Notes: generated by a model not told the origin, from the letters alone. DNA of 35,564 bases from Synechococcales cyanobacterium PMM_0085 (GCA_949127705.1 CASBQJ010000587.1:1-35564); one strand, 5' to 3'; positions 10,769-19,988 are shown, numbered from the stretch's first letter. Program-made: numbers and translations.

Positions 10769-10957
10769 ATGTCTATTGTGTTTCAATTTGCCCTAGCAGC
10801 GCTAGTTCTTCTGTCATTTGTTATGGTGGTAGGCGTTCCAGTTGCTTATGCGTCGCCCCGTAACTGGGATCAAGCTAAGAAGCTGATCTTATTTGGTTCG
10901 GCTCTGTGGTTAGGGCTGGTCGTTGTAGTTGGCGCATTGAACTATTTGGTGGTTTAG
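10769..10957 (+). CDS. psbZ: photosystem II protein PsbZ (Ycf9)
   Basis: 62 aa with two TM helices. [31 protein letters not shown]......[21 protein letters not shown] matches the PsbZ pattern and length. Confidence 0.9.
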   Translation: MSIVFQFALAALVLLSFVMVVGVPVAYASPRNWDQAKKLILFGSALWLGLVVVVGALNYLVV

Positions 10958-10964
10958 GATATAC

Positions 10965-11543
10965 ATGGCAGTTTTTGAGGGCACATTTACTCAGACCGAA
11001 CCGTTACGGTTTGCCATTGTGATTGGACGGTTTAATGACTTAGTCACGGGTAAGCTCTTGGAGGGATGCCAAGATTGCCTCAAGCGACACGGGATTGACC
11101 CCGATCCCCACGGTACCCAAGTGGACTATGCCTGGGTGCCGGGTTGTTTTGAGATTCCATTGCTAGCCAGACAACTAGCGCTTACGCATCGTTACGACGC
11201 CATTATTTGTATGGGCGCAGTCATTAAGGGACAAACGCCACATTTTGACTATGTAGCGTCAGAGGTGTCTAAGGGGATTGCCGCCGCTGCATTTCAAACA
11301 GGTGTCCCAGTCGTGTTTGGGGTGCTGACCACCGATACGATGCAGCAGGCGTTAGAGCGCGCCGGAATTAAAAGCAACAAGGGTTGGGAATACGCCATGA
11401 ATGCCATTGAGATGGCCACCTTGATGCGTCAGGTTCGCACCATCTCGACAGATGCGTCAACCAATCGGTTTGCTGACTCTGGGCAGGCTCAAATTCTGCC
11501 TCCTTCACTAGAATCTCCTGTAGGTTCTAACGAAATAGCTTGA
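10965..11543 (+). CDS. ribH: 6,7-dimethyl-8-ribityllumazine synthase, with a ~35-aa C-terminal tail
   Basis: The ORF contains [54 protein letters not shown] and RAG.KSNKGWE. It starts 7 nt after psbZ. Confidence 0.93.
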   Translation: MAVFEGTFTQTEPLRFAIVIGRFNDLVTGKLLEGCQDCLKRHGIDPDPHGTQVDYAWVPGCFEIPLLARQLALTHRYDAIICMGAVIKGQTPHFDYVASEVSKGIAAAAFQTGVPVVFGVLTTDTMQQALERAGIKSNKGWEYAMNAIEMATLMRQVRTISTDASTNRFADSGQAQILPPSLESPVGSNEIA

Positions 11544-11586
11544 CAACGTAGTAGCTATCTGGCATTCTGATAGATGGTCAAATTCT

Positions 11587-11658
11587 GCGGGTGTAGCTCA
11601 GTGGTAGAGCGCAACCTTGCCAAGGTTGATGTCGTGGGTTCGAATCCCATCACCCGCT
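11587..11658 (+). tRNA. trnG-GCC: tRNA-Gly (anticodon GCC)
   Basis: The cloverleaf was read by hand: acceptor GCGGGTG/CACCCGC, D arm GCTCAGTGGTAGAGC, anticodon stem CAACC/GGTTG with loop TTGCCAA, and T arm GTGGGTTCGAATCCCAT. No CCA is encoded. Confidence 0.93.
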
Positions 11659-11971
11659 TTTAAATTCATGTCTTAACTCTATCTAGTCTAGGTAGAAGTT
11701 TTTTGTAGAAAACAAGAGACCTTTACAGGCAAACGAAGGCAATCGCGTTAGCCTAGTGGCTGCAAAGGATTAAGGTTGACGCCGAATCTATCAGAAGTTT
11801 TCTGGTAACCGTGGCCAACCACCCTAGTTTGACTATCATTAGATTCAAGCCGATAGATTTAAACTGGTTTTAGGAACGTTCCTGAAATCCAGATTCAACC
11901 TGCTGTGTTGCTCATTTTGAGTCGGGTAGAGCGATCGCCTACCCGTCGTTGTTTCTAAGCGTAGTTCATCT

Positions 11972-12391
11972 TTGTTGCCCCTCGTGCACACTCAGAAACT
12001 TCAAAAAATAGACCTAAACGGTGATTATCCTTGTCCGTGCCGCCGCCGAGGCCGACTGACTCCCATTGCCTTGACTGAAGCCTTTGGGTGTAATCGATGC
12101 CAGCAGATTTTTGTGCTTCAAGAAAGCGGCTACACCATTGAACAGCTTTCGACTAACTATCCCTATAAAAAAATGTGGCGGTGGACAGGGCATCAGTGGG
12201 TGGTGGTGAATCCGAGCTTGAGCAATGGATATATTCCCTTTACAATCTTTGTTATTTTTGGGCTGATCTTTCTGCTGCTCGTCACAACGTTACATTTTCC
12301 AGTCGGAGCTAGCGTTTCGTTTCGAGTGATTGCAGCACTGGCCCTAGCTCTCATGCTAATGTTTATGCTCTGGCTAGCTTGCAGGCGTTGA
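11972..12391 (+). CDS. hypothetical protein with an N-terminal CxC...CxxC zinc-ribbon-like motif and two C-terminal TM helices
   Basis: 139-aa ORF with only non-ATG starts available (TTG 11972/11975, GTG 11984). It contains YPCPCRRRGRLTP...GCNRCQQIF and then two hydrophobic helices. I recognise no family name. Confidence 0.6.
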   Translation: MLPLVHTQKLQKIDLNGDYPCPCRRRGRLTPIALTEAFGCNRCQQIFVLQESGYTIEQLSTNYPYKKMWRWTGHQWVVVNPSLSNGYIPFTIFVIFGLIFLLLVTTLHFPVGASVSFRVIAALALALMLMFMLWLACRR

Positions 12392-12419
12392 GCCAGCGTT
12401 CATCCATCTTAAGGATTCC

Positions 12420-13667
12420 TTGAATTCTGACCCCGAGTTACTTCATCTGATTCATCGCGCTAATCAAGCGTCTGAGGTTTTAGCGGCGACAAAAGGCACC
12501 GAACGCAGCCGTGCGCTCCAAATTATGTCAGAGGCGCTAAGTGCTAATCAAGATGATGTTCTAGAGGCCAATACGTTAGATCTAGAAGCCAGTCGGGAGA
12601 TGGCGGTACCCGATTTAATTTTGGAGTGGCTCAAGCTCACGCCCGAACGGTTGCAGTCGGTGGTGAGGATTTTGCAGCGGCTTTCGGAGTTAACCGATCC
12701 GACGCAGCAAATTCTGACAACGCCTTACCAGCTAGAACAATCTCAAACCTATTGCCAGCTGATGCCGCTGGGGGCGATCGCCTTGATCTATGAGTCGTTC
12801 CCTGAATTGGGGGCGATCGCGGCGGGGCTATGCCTGCGTACGGGCAACAGCCTAATTTTGAAAGGCGGTAGCGAAGCCAGTCACTCAAACCAGGCGATCG
12901 CCACCATTTTGCAAACCGCAATTGAAGATGCCGGGTTACCAGCGGGCTGCATTGAACTAATTCCGACCGACCAAGGCGACCCACTGCGGGAATTAGTCAC
13001 CCAAGATGCCTATGTCAATTTAGTCATTCCCTACGGCCGCTCTAGCCTAGTCCAGCAGGTGATTCGCCAAGCCACCGTGCCTGTGCTCAAAACAGCCATT
13101 GGCAATTGTTATCTCTATTGGTCGTCTTCGAGTGGTCTTGACACAACCCGCTGGATGATTCTAGACAGCTACCAGAGCGAGCCAGACCCCGTGAATGCCA
13201 TCGAAAAGGTACTGGTATGCCGCAACCAAGATACCCAGGCTCTACAGGCCCTGTGGCGCACGTTGCGAGAGAAGGGCTTTCACCTGCGGGGGGATGCAGA
13301 ACTGGTAACAGAGTTTCCTGAACTGGTGTTGGCAGAGGACGATGACTGGGATCGCGCGTATCTGGACGGTACGATTGCGTTCAAAGTGGTAGACGGGTTA
13401 GGTGAGGCGATCGCCTGGATTAACCGACACAGCAGCGGCCATGCCGACTGTCTAGTCTCCGAGTCCTATCAAGAAAGCCGTCGGTTTGCGACCGATATCA
13501 ACAGTGCCACCATTTATATCAACACCTCGCCGCGCTTTTACCGAAACCCGAAACGAGGTAGCCCCATCTCGTTGGGGATGTCGAACCAAAAGGGGCACCG
13601 TCGCGGCATTATTACCCTAGAAACACTGACGACGCTGAAGTATGTCGTGCAAGGAAATGGAGTGTAG
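12420..13667 (+). CDS. proA: gamma-glutamyl phosphate reductase (ProA) family protein; divergent paralog with the expected catalytic Cys replaced
   Basis: It is collinear with ProA along its length: PLGAIALIYES.P, LCLRTGNSLILKGGSEA, GLPAGCIELI, LVIPYG, INRHSSGHADCL, SATIYINTSPRF and LETLTTLKYV. The start is TTG. See the finding for the active-site deviations. Confidence 0.85.
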   Translation: MNSDPELLHLIHRANQASEVLAATKGTERSRALQIMSEALSANQDDVLEANTLDLEASREMAVPDLILEWLKLTPERLQSVVRILQRLSELTDPTQQILTTPYQLEQSQTYCQLMPLGAIALIYESFPELGAIAAGLCLRTGNSLILKGGSEASHSNQAIATILQTAIEDAGLPAGCIELIPTDQGDPLRELVTQDAYVNLVIPYGRSSLVQQVIRQATVPVLKTAIGNCYLYWSSSSGLDTTRWMILDSYQSEPDPVNAIEKVLVCRNQDTQALQALWRTLREKGFHLRGDAELVTEFPELVLAEDDDWDRAYLDGTIAFKVVDGLGEAIAWINRHSSGHADCLVSESYQESRRFATDINSATIYINTSPRFYRNPKRGSPISLGMSNQKGHRRGIITLETLTTLKYVVQGNGV

Positions 13668-13674
13668 AGCAAGC

Positions 13675-14184
13675 ATGGAAACCCAATCGCTACAGCTAAT
13701 TGAGCTAGAGGTGCTGCCGATTACGCGCGAAAATTTTCAGCCGTTTGGCACCCTGATTGGATTTGCCGACGATGGGCAACCCTTTGACGCCAACGATGCT
13801 CAGCTAGAGCTACATCGAGGAACGCCCCGCTTCTACATGATGAATTTGCCTGAGCGCGGGCTGATCTTTCGCCAAATTACGCGTCACTTGCAGGTCACTC
13901 AGTGCCTTGCCGCTGTGGGCGGGAAACCGTGGCTGATTGCGGTAGCTCCTCCAATCGAGCCAGACAATTTGGCCGCGATGCCAGACCCTAGCTCTATCTG
14001 CGCCTTTGAGATTCCGGGCGATCGCGCCATTCAATTGGATCGCGGCACCTGGCATGCAGGCCCTTATTTTACAGAACCAAGCCGAGCATTTTTTAACCTC
14101 GAACTGACGGATACCAACCAGGTCGATCACCACGATTGCCACTTGGATCGGCTCTACGGCATCCAGATGCGATTTAAAAAATGA
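13675..14184 (+). CDS. ureidoglycolate lyase/hydrolase (AllA)-like family protein
   Basis: The track ORF is 13642..14184; the in-frame ATG at 13675 avoids overlap with the upstream gene. The motifs F.PFG, ITRHLQVTQCLAAVGGKPWLIAVA and GTWHAGPYF align with my memory of E. coli AllA (LERHPLGTQAFIP..., VWHHPLF). Confidence 0.7.
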   Translation: METQSLQLIELEVLPITRENFQPFGTLIGFADDGQPFDANDAQLELHRGTPRFYMMNLPERGLIFRQITRHLQVTQCLAAVGGKPWLIAVAPPIEPDNLAAMPDPSSICAFEIPGDRAIQLDRGTWHAGPYFTEPSRAFFNLELTDTNQVDHHDCHLDRLYGIQMRFKK

Positions 14185-14205
14185 TTGAAGCATTAGATTG
14201 AAACA

Positions 14206-14254
14206 TTAAGAGCTGGTTGTTCGTACCCGAAGGCTACGAACAACCAGCTCTTAA
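14206..14254. terminator. perfect 20-bp-stem hairpin between convergent genes (likely bidirectional terminator)
   Basis: TTAAGAGCTGGTTGTTCGTA - CCCGAAGGC - TACGAACAACCAGCTCTTAA, flanked by A/T-rich sequence (ACA upstream, AATCG downstream). It lies between the AllA-like stop (14184) and the desC stop (14302). Confidence 0.7.
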
Positions 14255-14301
14255 AATCGCTCAAGTTGGACAATCTGCGACGCTAGGGTTACGGATTGGG
14301 G

Positions 14302-15108
14302 TTACTTATTGGCCAATTTCACATTGGTGGCTAAGCCCAAAACCTGCAACATCCGCACCATACTCCAGGTCAGATCAATCTCCCACCATTTCAGCCCGTG
14401 GCGCGCTGAATATTGAAAGGCGTGATGATTGTTGTGCCAGCCTTCGCCATAGGTCAACACGGCTACCCACCAGCAATTGGTAGAGCGATCGCCCACGTCA
14501 TAGGTTTTGTAGCCAAAGCGATGCGTCGCGCTATTGACCAACCAGGTGCAGTGATAGACCACCACAATCCGCATAAAAACAGCCCAAGCTATGAATGGCC
14601 AGCCGCCCCACCAATAGAGCAACCCAGCAAACACAACTTGAAGGGGAAAAAAGTAGTTCTGTAGAAATACGTAAACGGGATCGTTCGCAATATCTTTGGT
14701 ATACCTAGGCACCTCGGCCTGGGCAGGAATATCATGAACTATCCAGGCTACATGGCTCCACCAGAACCCCTTTCCAGAGTTATGGTGATCAAGTTCTTGG
14801 TCAGAATGGACGTGGTGGTGGCGGTGTAACCCAATCCACTCAATCGGGCCACCTTGCATCGACATCGTGCCACAGAACACGATTAAATATTCCAGCCACT
14901 TTGGCGTCTGGAAACTGCGGTGAGCCACCAGTCGATGCCAGCCCAACGTAATTCCTACACCGCCTGTTAGCCAGTGTAAGAAAACGGCAAGAGCGATCGC
15001 CCCCCAGCTAAAATTGGCAGGCAATAGGGCAGACAGTGCCCCAATATGCATTGCCACCATAAACAAAACGAGTCCGGGGCGGAGCTTCGTCGTACCAGAT
15101 GCAATCAT
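14302..15108 (-). CDS. desC: acyl-lipid/acyl-CoA Delta9 fatty acid desaturase
   Basis: 268 aa with three histidine boxes: GWHRLVAHRSF, HRHHHVHSD and GEGWHNNHHAF. TM segments are present. Confidence 0.9.
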   Translation of the reverse strand: MIASGTTKLRPGLVLFMVAMHIGALSALLPANFSWGAIALAVFLHWLTGGVGITLGWHRLVAHRSFQTPKWLEYLIVFCGTMSMQGGPIEWIGLHRHHHVHSDQELDHHNSGKGFWWSHVAWIVHDIPAQAEVPRYTKDIANDPVYVFLQNYFFPLQVVFAGLLYWWGGWPFIAWAVFMRIVVVYHCTWLVNSATHRFGYKTYDVGDRSTNCWWVAVLTYGEGWHNNHHAFQYSARHGLKWWEIDLTWSMVRMLQVLGLATNVKLANK

Positions 15109-15269
15109 GAGCCTCCCGACTTGAAGAATTTGCGCAACAATAATCTCCGCAGACTAATTGACATGGACGGGCGGAGTCACGCCATGTCAGGATCAAAGAG
15201 CCATAACGCTCTTGCAGACAACCGAGTTCACATCACTGGCAAATAGCCCTCTAGGATAGAAAAACCTTG

Positions 15270-16541
15270 ATGAACAGCCAGCTGCTGCTACAAACAGCCC
15301 AAACATCCCTCCTTCAAATCTTTTCTGGAATTGACGCACGGGTCAAGTCAAATTTGGCAAGGGTACTAACTGCCTTTCGCAAGCATCAAGTTGGGGTTCA
15401 TCACTTTTCTAGCGTCAGCGGCTATGGACACGACGATCTGGGTCGCCATGTGTTGGATCAGATCTTTGCCGACGTCATGGGAGCAGAGTCCGCTGCCGTG
15501 CGAGTGCAATTCGTCTCCGGCACTCATGCTATCACTTGCGCTCTATTTGGGGTGCTGCGCCCAGGGGATGAACTGCTGGCGGTTGCGGGTTCCCCTTACG
15601 ACACATTGGAAGAGGTGATTGGGCTACGCGGGACGGATCAGGGTTCTCTAAAGGATTTTGGCATTCGCTATCGGCAGCTGGAATTAACGGCAGATGGCAC
15701 GATCGATTGGTCTGCCCTGACGACCGCCATCCGCCCTGAAACACGGATGGTGCTGATTCAGCGCTCCTGTGGATATGCATGGCGCAGCAGTTTGGCGATC
15801 GCCGATATTGAAAAAATTGTGGCCCTCGTAAAGCAGCAAAATCCCAACACCGTCTGTTTTGTCGATAACTGCTACGGCGAATTTGTAGACGACTGTGAAC
15901 CGCCAGCGGTCGGTGCCGACTTAATTGCTGGTTCGTTGATCAAAAACCCAGGCGGCACCATTGTCACCGCCGGAGGGTATGTGGCAGGGCGGGCTGATTT
16001 GGTAGAAATGGCCTGCTGCCGCTTGACCTCGCCGGGGATTGGCAGTGAAGGAGGAGCCACGTTTGACCAAAACCGTTTGCTGTTCCAAGGGCTATTTCTT
16101 GCCCCGCAAATGGTCGGCGAAGCCCTCAAGGGCAATCACCTCACCGCCAAGGTGTTCCAACAGCTGGGATATCCGGTAAATCCCTTGCCGGACGCACCTC
16201 GCCGCGATGTGATCCAAGCCATTAAGCTTGGCTCTGCGGAAAAGATTATCGCTTTTTGCCAAGCTATTCAGCAGCATTCGCCCATCGGGTCTTACCTCAG
16301 CCCCGTTCCGGCTCAAATGCCGGGATACCAGAGCGATCTGGTCATGGCGGGGGGCACCTTCATTGACGGCAGCACGTCTGAATTTTCGGCAGATGGCCCC
16401 CTGCGGGAACCCTATATCGTCTTTTGCCAAGGCGGCACTCACTGGACGCATGTGGCGATCGCCCTAGAAGCAGCGGTGGAGGCAGTGGGCATGAGGCATG
16501 AGGGGAGCGACGGGAAGGATGAGGACGAACTGGGCGGGTGA
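15270..16541 (+). CDS. methionine gamma-lyase family / aluminium-resistance (YnbB-like) PLP-dependent protein
   Basis: ~423 aa. It contains FRKHQVGVHHFSSVSGYGHDDLGR..LDQIFADVMGAE.A.VR.QFVSGTHAI and SLIKNPGGTI, typical of the YnbB/Alum_res family as I remember it. The ATG at 15270 is preferred over the TTG at 15267. Confidence 0.8.
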   Translation: MNSQLLLQTAQTSLLQIFSGIDARVKSNLARVLTAFRKHQVGVHHFSSVSGYGHDDLGRHVLDQIFADVMGAESAAVRVQFVSGTHAITCALFGVLRPGDELLAVAGSPYDTLEEVIGLRGTDQGSLKDFGIRYRQLELTADGTIDWSALTTAIRPETRMVLIQRSCGYAWRSSLAIADIEKIVALVKQQNPNTVCFVDNCYGEFVDDCEPPAVGADLIAGSLIKNPGGTIVTAGGYVAGRADLVEMACCRLTSPGIGSEGGATFDQNRLLFQGLFLAPQMVGEALKGNHLTAKVFQQLGYPVNPLPDAPRRDVIQAIKLGSAEKIIAFCQAIQQHSPIGSYLSPVPAQMPGYQSDLVMAGGTFIDGSTSEFSADGPLREPYIVFCQGGTHWTHVAIALEAAVEAVGMRHEGSDGKDEDELGG

Positions 16542-16572
16542 GGATCCTGTTTAACGAGTTGAAGCCTGAAAT

Positions 16573-17931
16573 CTAAAATCCCCGTCTAACGTGTTTTACC
16601 CGTTTTCTCAATTCCGTTCCAGTCTTGAACCCTTTCCCCTGGACTGCTTCGACGGCTTGAACGCCAACAGGTGGCAGAGGCGATCGCACGCTGCGGCGTA
16701 AAATTTGGGCATACTGCTGGGCAATTAGCTCGGGGGTGAAGTGGGTCTGGAGGTATTGGCGGCCAGCGTCACCCATGGATTGCACCAGGGCGGGCTGGCT
16801 GGCCAAGTGCAAAATAAAGTTTGCCAGTCCTTGGCTGTCTTGATGGCGAAACGTTGCCCCAAAGTTGCCATCGGTGACCATCTGATCCAGGTATGAATGC
16901 GCGGCGCAAATAATGGCAACAGGTCTGCCGGCTGCGAGGGCACCATAAATTTTGCTAGGAGCCACTAACCCGTCCATATTTTGACTCACGCTAACGAGTG
17001 TCAGATCGCACGCGGTTAAGGAATACGGCAGCAATTTTTTATCTTGGTAGGGTAAAAAGTGGCAATTGGTTAATTCCAGCTGTGCAGCAGTATGCATGGA
17101 CGGCGATCGCTTAGCTCCATCACCGATAAACACAAATCTAATCGGGGCATCGCGCAGTAATTGGGCCGTTGCTAAAATAGTTTCCAAATCATGACACCGC
17201 CCCATGTTGCCTGAGTAGAGAACCGTAAATGGTTCGACAAGTTTGTGCTGTTTAGCAAACCAATTGTTGTGTTTTTTAAGTGGAACGATCCAATCTGGAT
17301 CTGCCCAATTATGAATTACAGAAATCTTGTCTGATAGTTGGGGGCATAAGCCTTCAACTTGGCGTTTCATCGTCGGACTCAGTACAATTAGTCGCTGGGC
17401 TTTACCCCAAATTTTATGATTCAGGTATCGCCAAATTTTTATCAGGCAATGGTGCTCAGGTACAACACTCAGCTGAATCGCAATGTCTGGATAAATATCG
17501 TACAGCAAACAAACATAGGGAACCCCAAATAACAGATGGGCTAGATATCCCAAAATAGATAGATAGGGAGGTGCTGTAGTGAGTAAAAGCACGTCGCTGT
17601 TTCGCCCTGAGCGCAAGATATGCAGCCCTGCCCGCAGGCAAAATAGCAGGCCATTCAATGCTTTGCCGCGAATTTGCTTTGACCAAAATCGAGTCGCACG
17701 CGATCGCCTAATTGCAACATGATCGATCAATTCAACTGCAGGTGCAGACGCTTGTTGAAAAGCATATCCAGGTTGTCCGGTAAAGATATGGACTTGAATC
17801 CCTTGGCGGCTCAGCTGGACTGCTAACTCTTCAATTAATTGACCAGTTGCAGCATAGTCGGGCGGATAAAACTGAGTAATGATTGATACTTTAAGGGGGT
17901 CAATCTGATGATTGGCATTGGCTCCTGGCAT
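16573..17931 (-). CDS. glycosyltransferase, GT4 family (WcaI/WbuB-like)
   Basis: 452 aa. The N-terminus VSIITQFYPPDYAATGQLIEELA is typical of the family. The C-terminal GT-B half contains VLYSGNMGRCHDLETIL and FLPYQ. Confidence 0.85.
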   Translation of the reverse strand: MPGANANHQIDPLKVSIITQFYPPDYAATGQLIEELAVQLSRQGIQVHIFTGQPGYAFQQASAPAVELIDHVAIRRSRATRFWSKQIRGKALNGLLFCLRAGLHILRSGRNSDVLLLTTAPPYLSILGYLAHLLFGVPYVCLLYDIYPDIAIQLSVVPEHHCLIKIWRYLNHKIWGKAQRLIVLSPTMKRQVEGLCPQLSDKISVIHNWADPDWIVPLKKHNNWFAKQHKLVEPFTVLYSGNMGRCHDLETILATAQLLRDAPIRFVFIGDGAKRSPSMHTAAQLELTNCHFLPYQDKKLLPYSLTACDLTLVSVSQNMDGLVAPSKIYGALAAGRPVAIICAAHSYLDQMVTDGNFGATFRHQDSQGLANFILHLASQPALVQSMGDAGRQYLQTHFTPELIAQQYAQILRRSVRSPLPPVGVQAVEAVQGKGFKTGTELRKRVKHVRRGF

Positions 17932-18163
17932 GAACTTAAATGTCCTATAGAAATAGGAGTCTATTCGATTGTGTTAGATAACTATCAGCTCAAAATAGGC
18001 AGAAAATCTATCTATAATCTTTTCTAAATGGAATCTTATTTTTAAAGTATTAACGCTTTGAAGATCTGAGGTTCACTGAAACAGCAGGCTGGAGATGCTG
18101 CGTCTTTTTGCAGCACATTAGTAGGGTTAAGCAGGGATTAGTCAGCTCAACCGGGGTAAGTGA

Positions 18164-18195
18164 GGTGTTCTCCCTACTTGGTGTTCTTTCTACTT
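18164..18195. repeat. 16-bp tandem duplication (GGTGTTCTCCCTACTT / GGTGTTCTTTCTACTT, 14/16)
   Basis: Read directly. It spans the CobE-like stop codon (18190-18192). Confidence 0.75.
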
Positions 18196-18759
18196 GTATT
18201 CTTTGAGGCCGTGAACCCATCCGGACAAACACTGTGGATCACCCGCTACGGCCAGCGTGACGGCTGCGGGCTGGTCGAGGAGCCGGAAGATTTGTTTGGA
18301 GATCAGCAGCGGATGCGGTGGCATGAGTGAGGCGGCTGGGGGAACGGCATCAATCGATCCATCACAAGTGTCTGAAGCGCCTGAAGCGCCTGAAGCGTTT
18401 GAATCAATAGATGCAGACTGCGCACTTTCGCCCTGACTCCATTCCTGATACGCCAAAATTGCGGCGGCTTCTGCCACGCTAGGGGTACCGACGGTGCGGT
18501 GTGCCATCGCCGAAGGATGGGGAGCCATTACGGCACGAAGGGCAGCAGCCGAAAAGCCGAGCAACGGCAGCTGGCGATCGCGACAAAACTCCACCAGCCC
18601 CACCTCTGAGACTTTGTGGTCAATGGTGCCAATCGCGGCGATCGCGGTTTCTACTAGCCCATACGCTACAAATACATGGGTGAGCGCCGCTGCAATCGTG
18701 TCACGAGGGGTGCCCCGCTTACAGCCAATCCCCACCCACACACTACAGGAGCCTGTCAC
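18190..18759 (-). CDS. cobE: cobalamin biosynthesis CobE / CbiG C-terminal-domain protein
   Basis: 189 aa with a GTG start. VWVGIGCKRGTP....I..A........L....IAAIGTIDHK..E.GL.EF is typical of CobE/CbiG_C. It carries a low-complexity insert, SNASGASGASDT. Confidence 0.65.
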   Translation of the reverse strand: MTGSCSVWVGIGCKRGTPRDTIAAALTHVFVAYGLVETAIAAIGTIDHKVSEVGLVEFCRDRQLPLLGFSAAALRAVMAPHPSAMAHRTVGTPSVAEAAAILAYQEWSQGESAQSASIDSNASGASGASDTCDGSIDAVPPAASLMPPHPLLISKQIFRLLDQPAAVTLAVAGDPQCLSGWVHGLKEYK

Positions 18760-18791
18760 AGCCGGAGTGCCTCACAGCAGGAACCGCAATT

Positions 18792-18843
18792 CAGTCCGTC
18801 CACTCAGTCCGTCCACTCAGTCCGTCCACTCAGTCCGTCCACA
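18792..18843. repeat. 13-bp tandem repeat x4 (CAGTCCGTCCACT; last unit ends CA)
   Basis: Read directly. It sits between the tRNA-Leu 3' end (18904) and the CobE-like start (18759), both on the minus strand. Confidence 0.9.
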
Positions 18844-18903
18844 TAGACGACGTCCAGTGATCTTTTGCGAGCACCGCACCCGGTCGAAATCTGATTGAGA
18901 GCA

Positions 18904-18987
18904 TGGGGGTGGAGGGACTTGAACCCTCACGATTTTTAAGATCAACGGATTTTAAGTCCGCAGCGTCTACCATTCCGCCACACCCCC
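18904..18987 (-). tRNA. trnL-UAA: tRNA-Leu (anticodon UAA), uninterrupted (no group I intron)
   Basis: The reverse complement reads GGGGGTG TG GCGGAATGGTAGACGC T GCGGA CTTAAAA TCCGT TGATCTTAAAAATCGT GAGGGTTCAAGTCCCTC CACCCCC A. It has a long variable arm, as class II tRNAs do, and the anticodon loop is C-T-TAA-A-A. Confidence 0.93.
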
Positions 18988-19214
18988 GTTGGCTCGTTAA
19001 GATGCGAACATCTAACGACATCTGTTCTATTCCATCACTTTTAGGGTTTTGGTGCAACCCAAACGACCGAAGTCGCCCAGTTTTAGCTTGAAAATTAACG
19101 TTGGCGATCGCGCCTTAGGCTCATGTTACCCATTTAAGCTGCGCCACTCCATGTTCTACGCTGATAGGTTTTAAGCTAAAAGCTGGTTGCTCACTATAGA
19201 CTCACTCCCTCGCC

Positions 19215-19988
19215 ATGGCTTTACTTCACGATCAGATTGTTTTAATTACAGGTGCCAGCAGTGGCATTGGAGCCGCCTGCGCCCAACTGTTTGCCCAACA
19301 GGGAGCACGAACAATTTTGGCAGCTCGCCGCATGGACAAACTAGAGCAGCTCGGGGCAGAAATCAGGCATACCTATGGCCGTGAGGTTCACCTCCTGCAC
19401 CTTGATGTCTGCGATCGCGTTCAGGTTGAAGCCACCCTGGCTAACCTACCTGCCGCCTGGTCTGCCATCGACATTTTGGTGAATAATGCTGGGCTAAGTC
19501 GTGGCTTAGACAAGCTCCAAACGGGCAGCATTCAGGACTGGGAAGAGATGATCGATACCAATATTAAAGGCTTACTATATGTAACGCGATCGCTCTTGCC
19601 TGGGATGATAGGCCGAGGGCGGGGGCATGTGATCAATCTTGGATCCATTGCTGGGCATCAAGCATACCCCGGTGGTAACGTCTATTGCGCCACCAAAGCG
19701 GCGGTGAAAGCGATTTCAGAGGGGCTAAAGCTCGATTTGCTAGGTACGCCTGTGCGCGTTAGTTCGGTCGATCCAGGCATGGTAGAAACGGAGTTTAGTG
19801 AGATTCGCTTTAGAGGAGATAGCGATCGCGCCAAACAGGTCTATCAAGGACTCCAGCCCCTCACGCCAAAAGACATCGCCGAGGTCGTGGTCTTCTGCGC
19901 CACCCGTCCTGCCCATGTCAACATCAACGAGGTGATTTTAATGCCGATCGATCAAGCCAGTGCCACCTCAGTCCATCGCACGCCATAA
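19215..19988 (+). CDS. SDR-family NAD(P)-dependent oxidoreductase (YdfG-like)
   Basis: 257 aa. It has the TGASSGIGAA cofactor motif, NNAG, and the catalytic YCATKAAV. Confidence 0.9.
   Translation: MALLHDQIVLITGASSGIGAACAQLFAQQGARTILAARRMDKLEQLGAEIRHTYGREVHLLHLDVCDRVQVEATLANLPAAWSAIDILVNNAGLSRGLDKLQTGSIQDWEEMIDTNIKGLLYVTRSLLPGMIGRGRGHVINLGSIAGHQAYPGGNVYCATKAAVKAISEGLKLDLLGTPVRVSSVDPGMVETEFSEIRFRGDSDRAKQVYQGLQPLTPKDIAEVVVFCATRPAHVNINEVILMPIDQASATSVHRTP

Noticed and set aside
14217-14483. 88-aa plus-strand ORF
   Set aside because: It starts inside the terminator hairpin and runs antisense through the 3' part of desC, so it is spurious.
18830-19091. ORFs 18830..19057 (-) and 18903..19091 (+)
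   Set aside because: Both overlap the tRNA-Leu(UAA) gene and its flanks. The tRNA explains the region.
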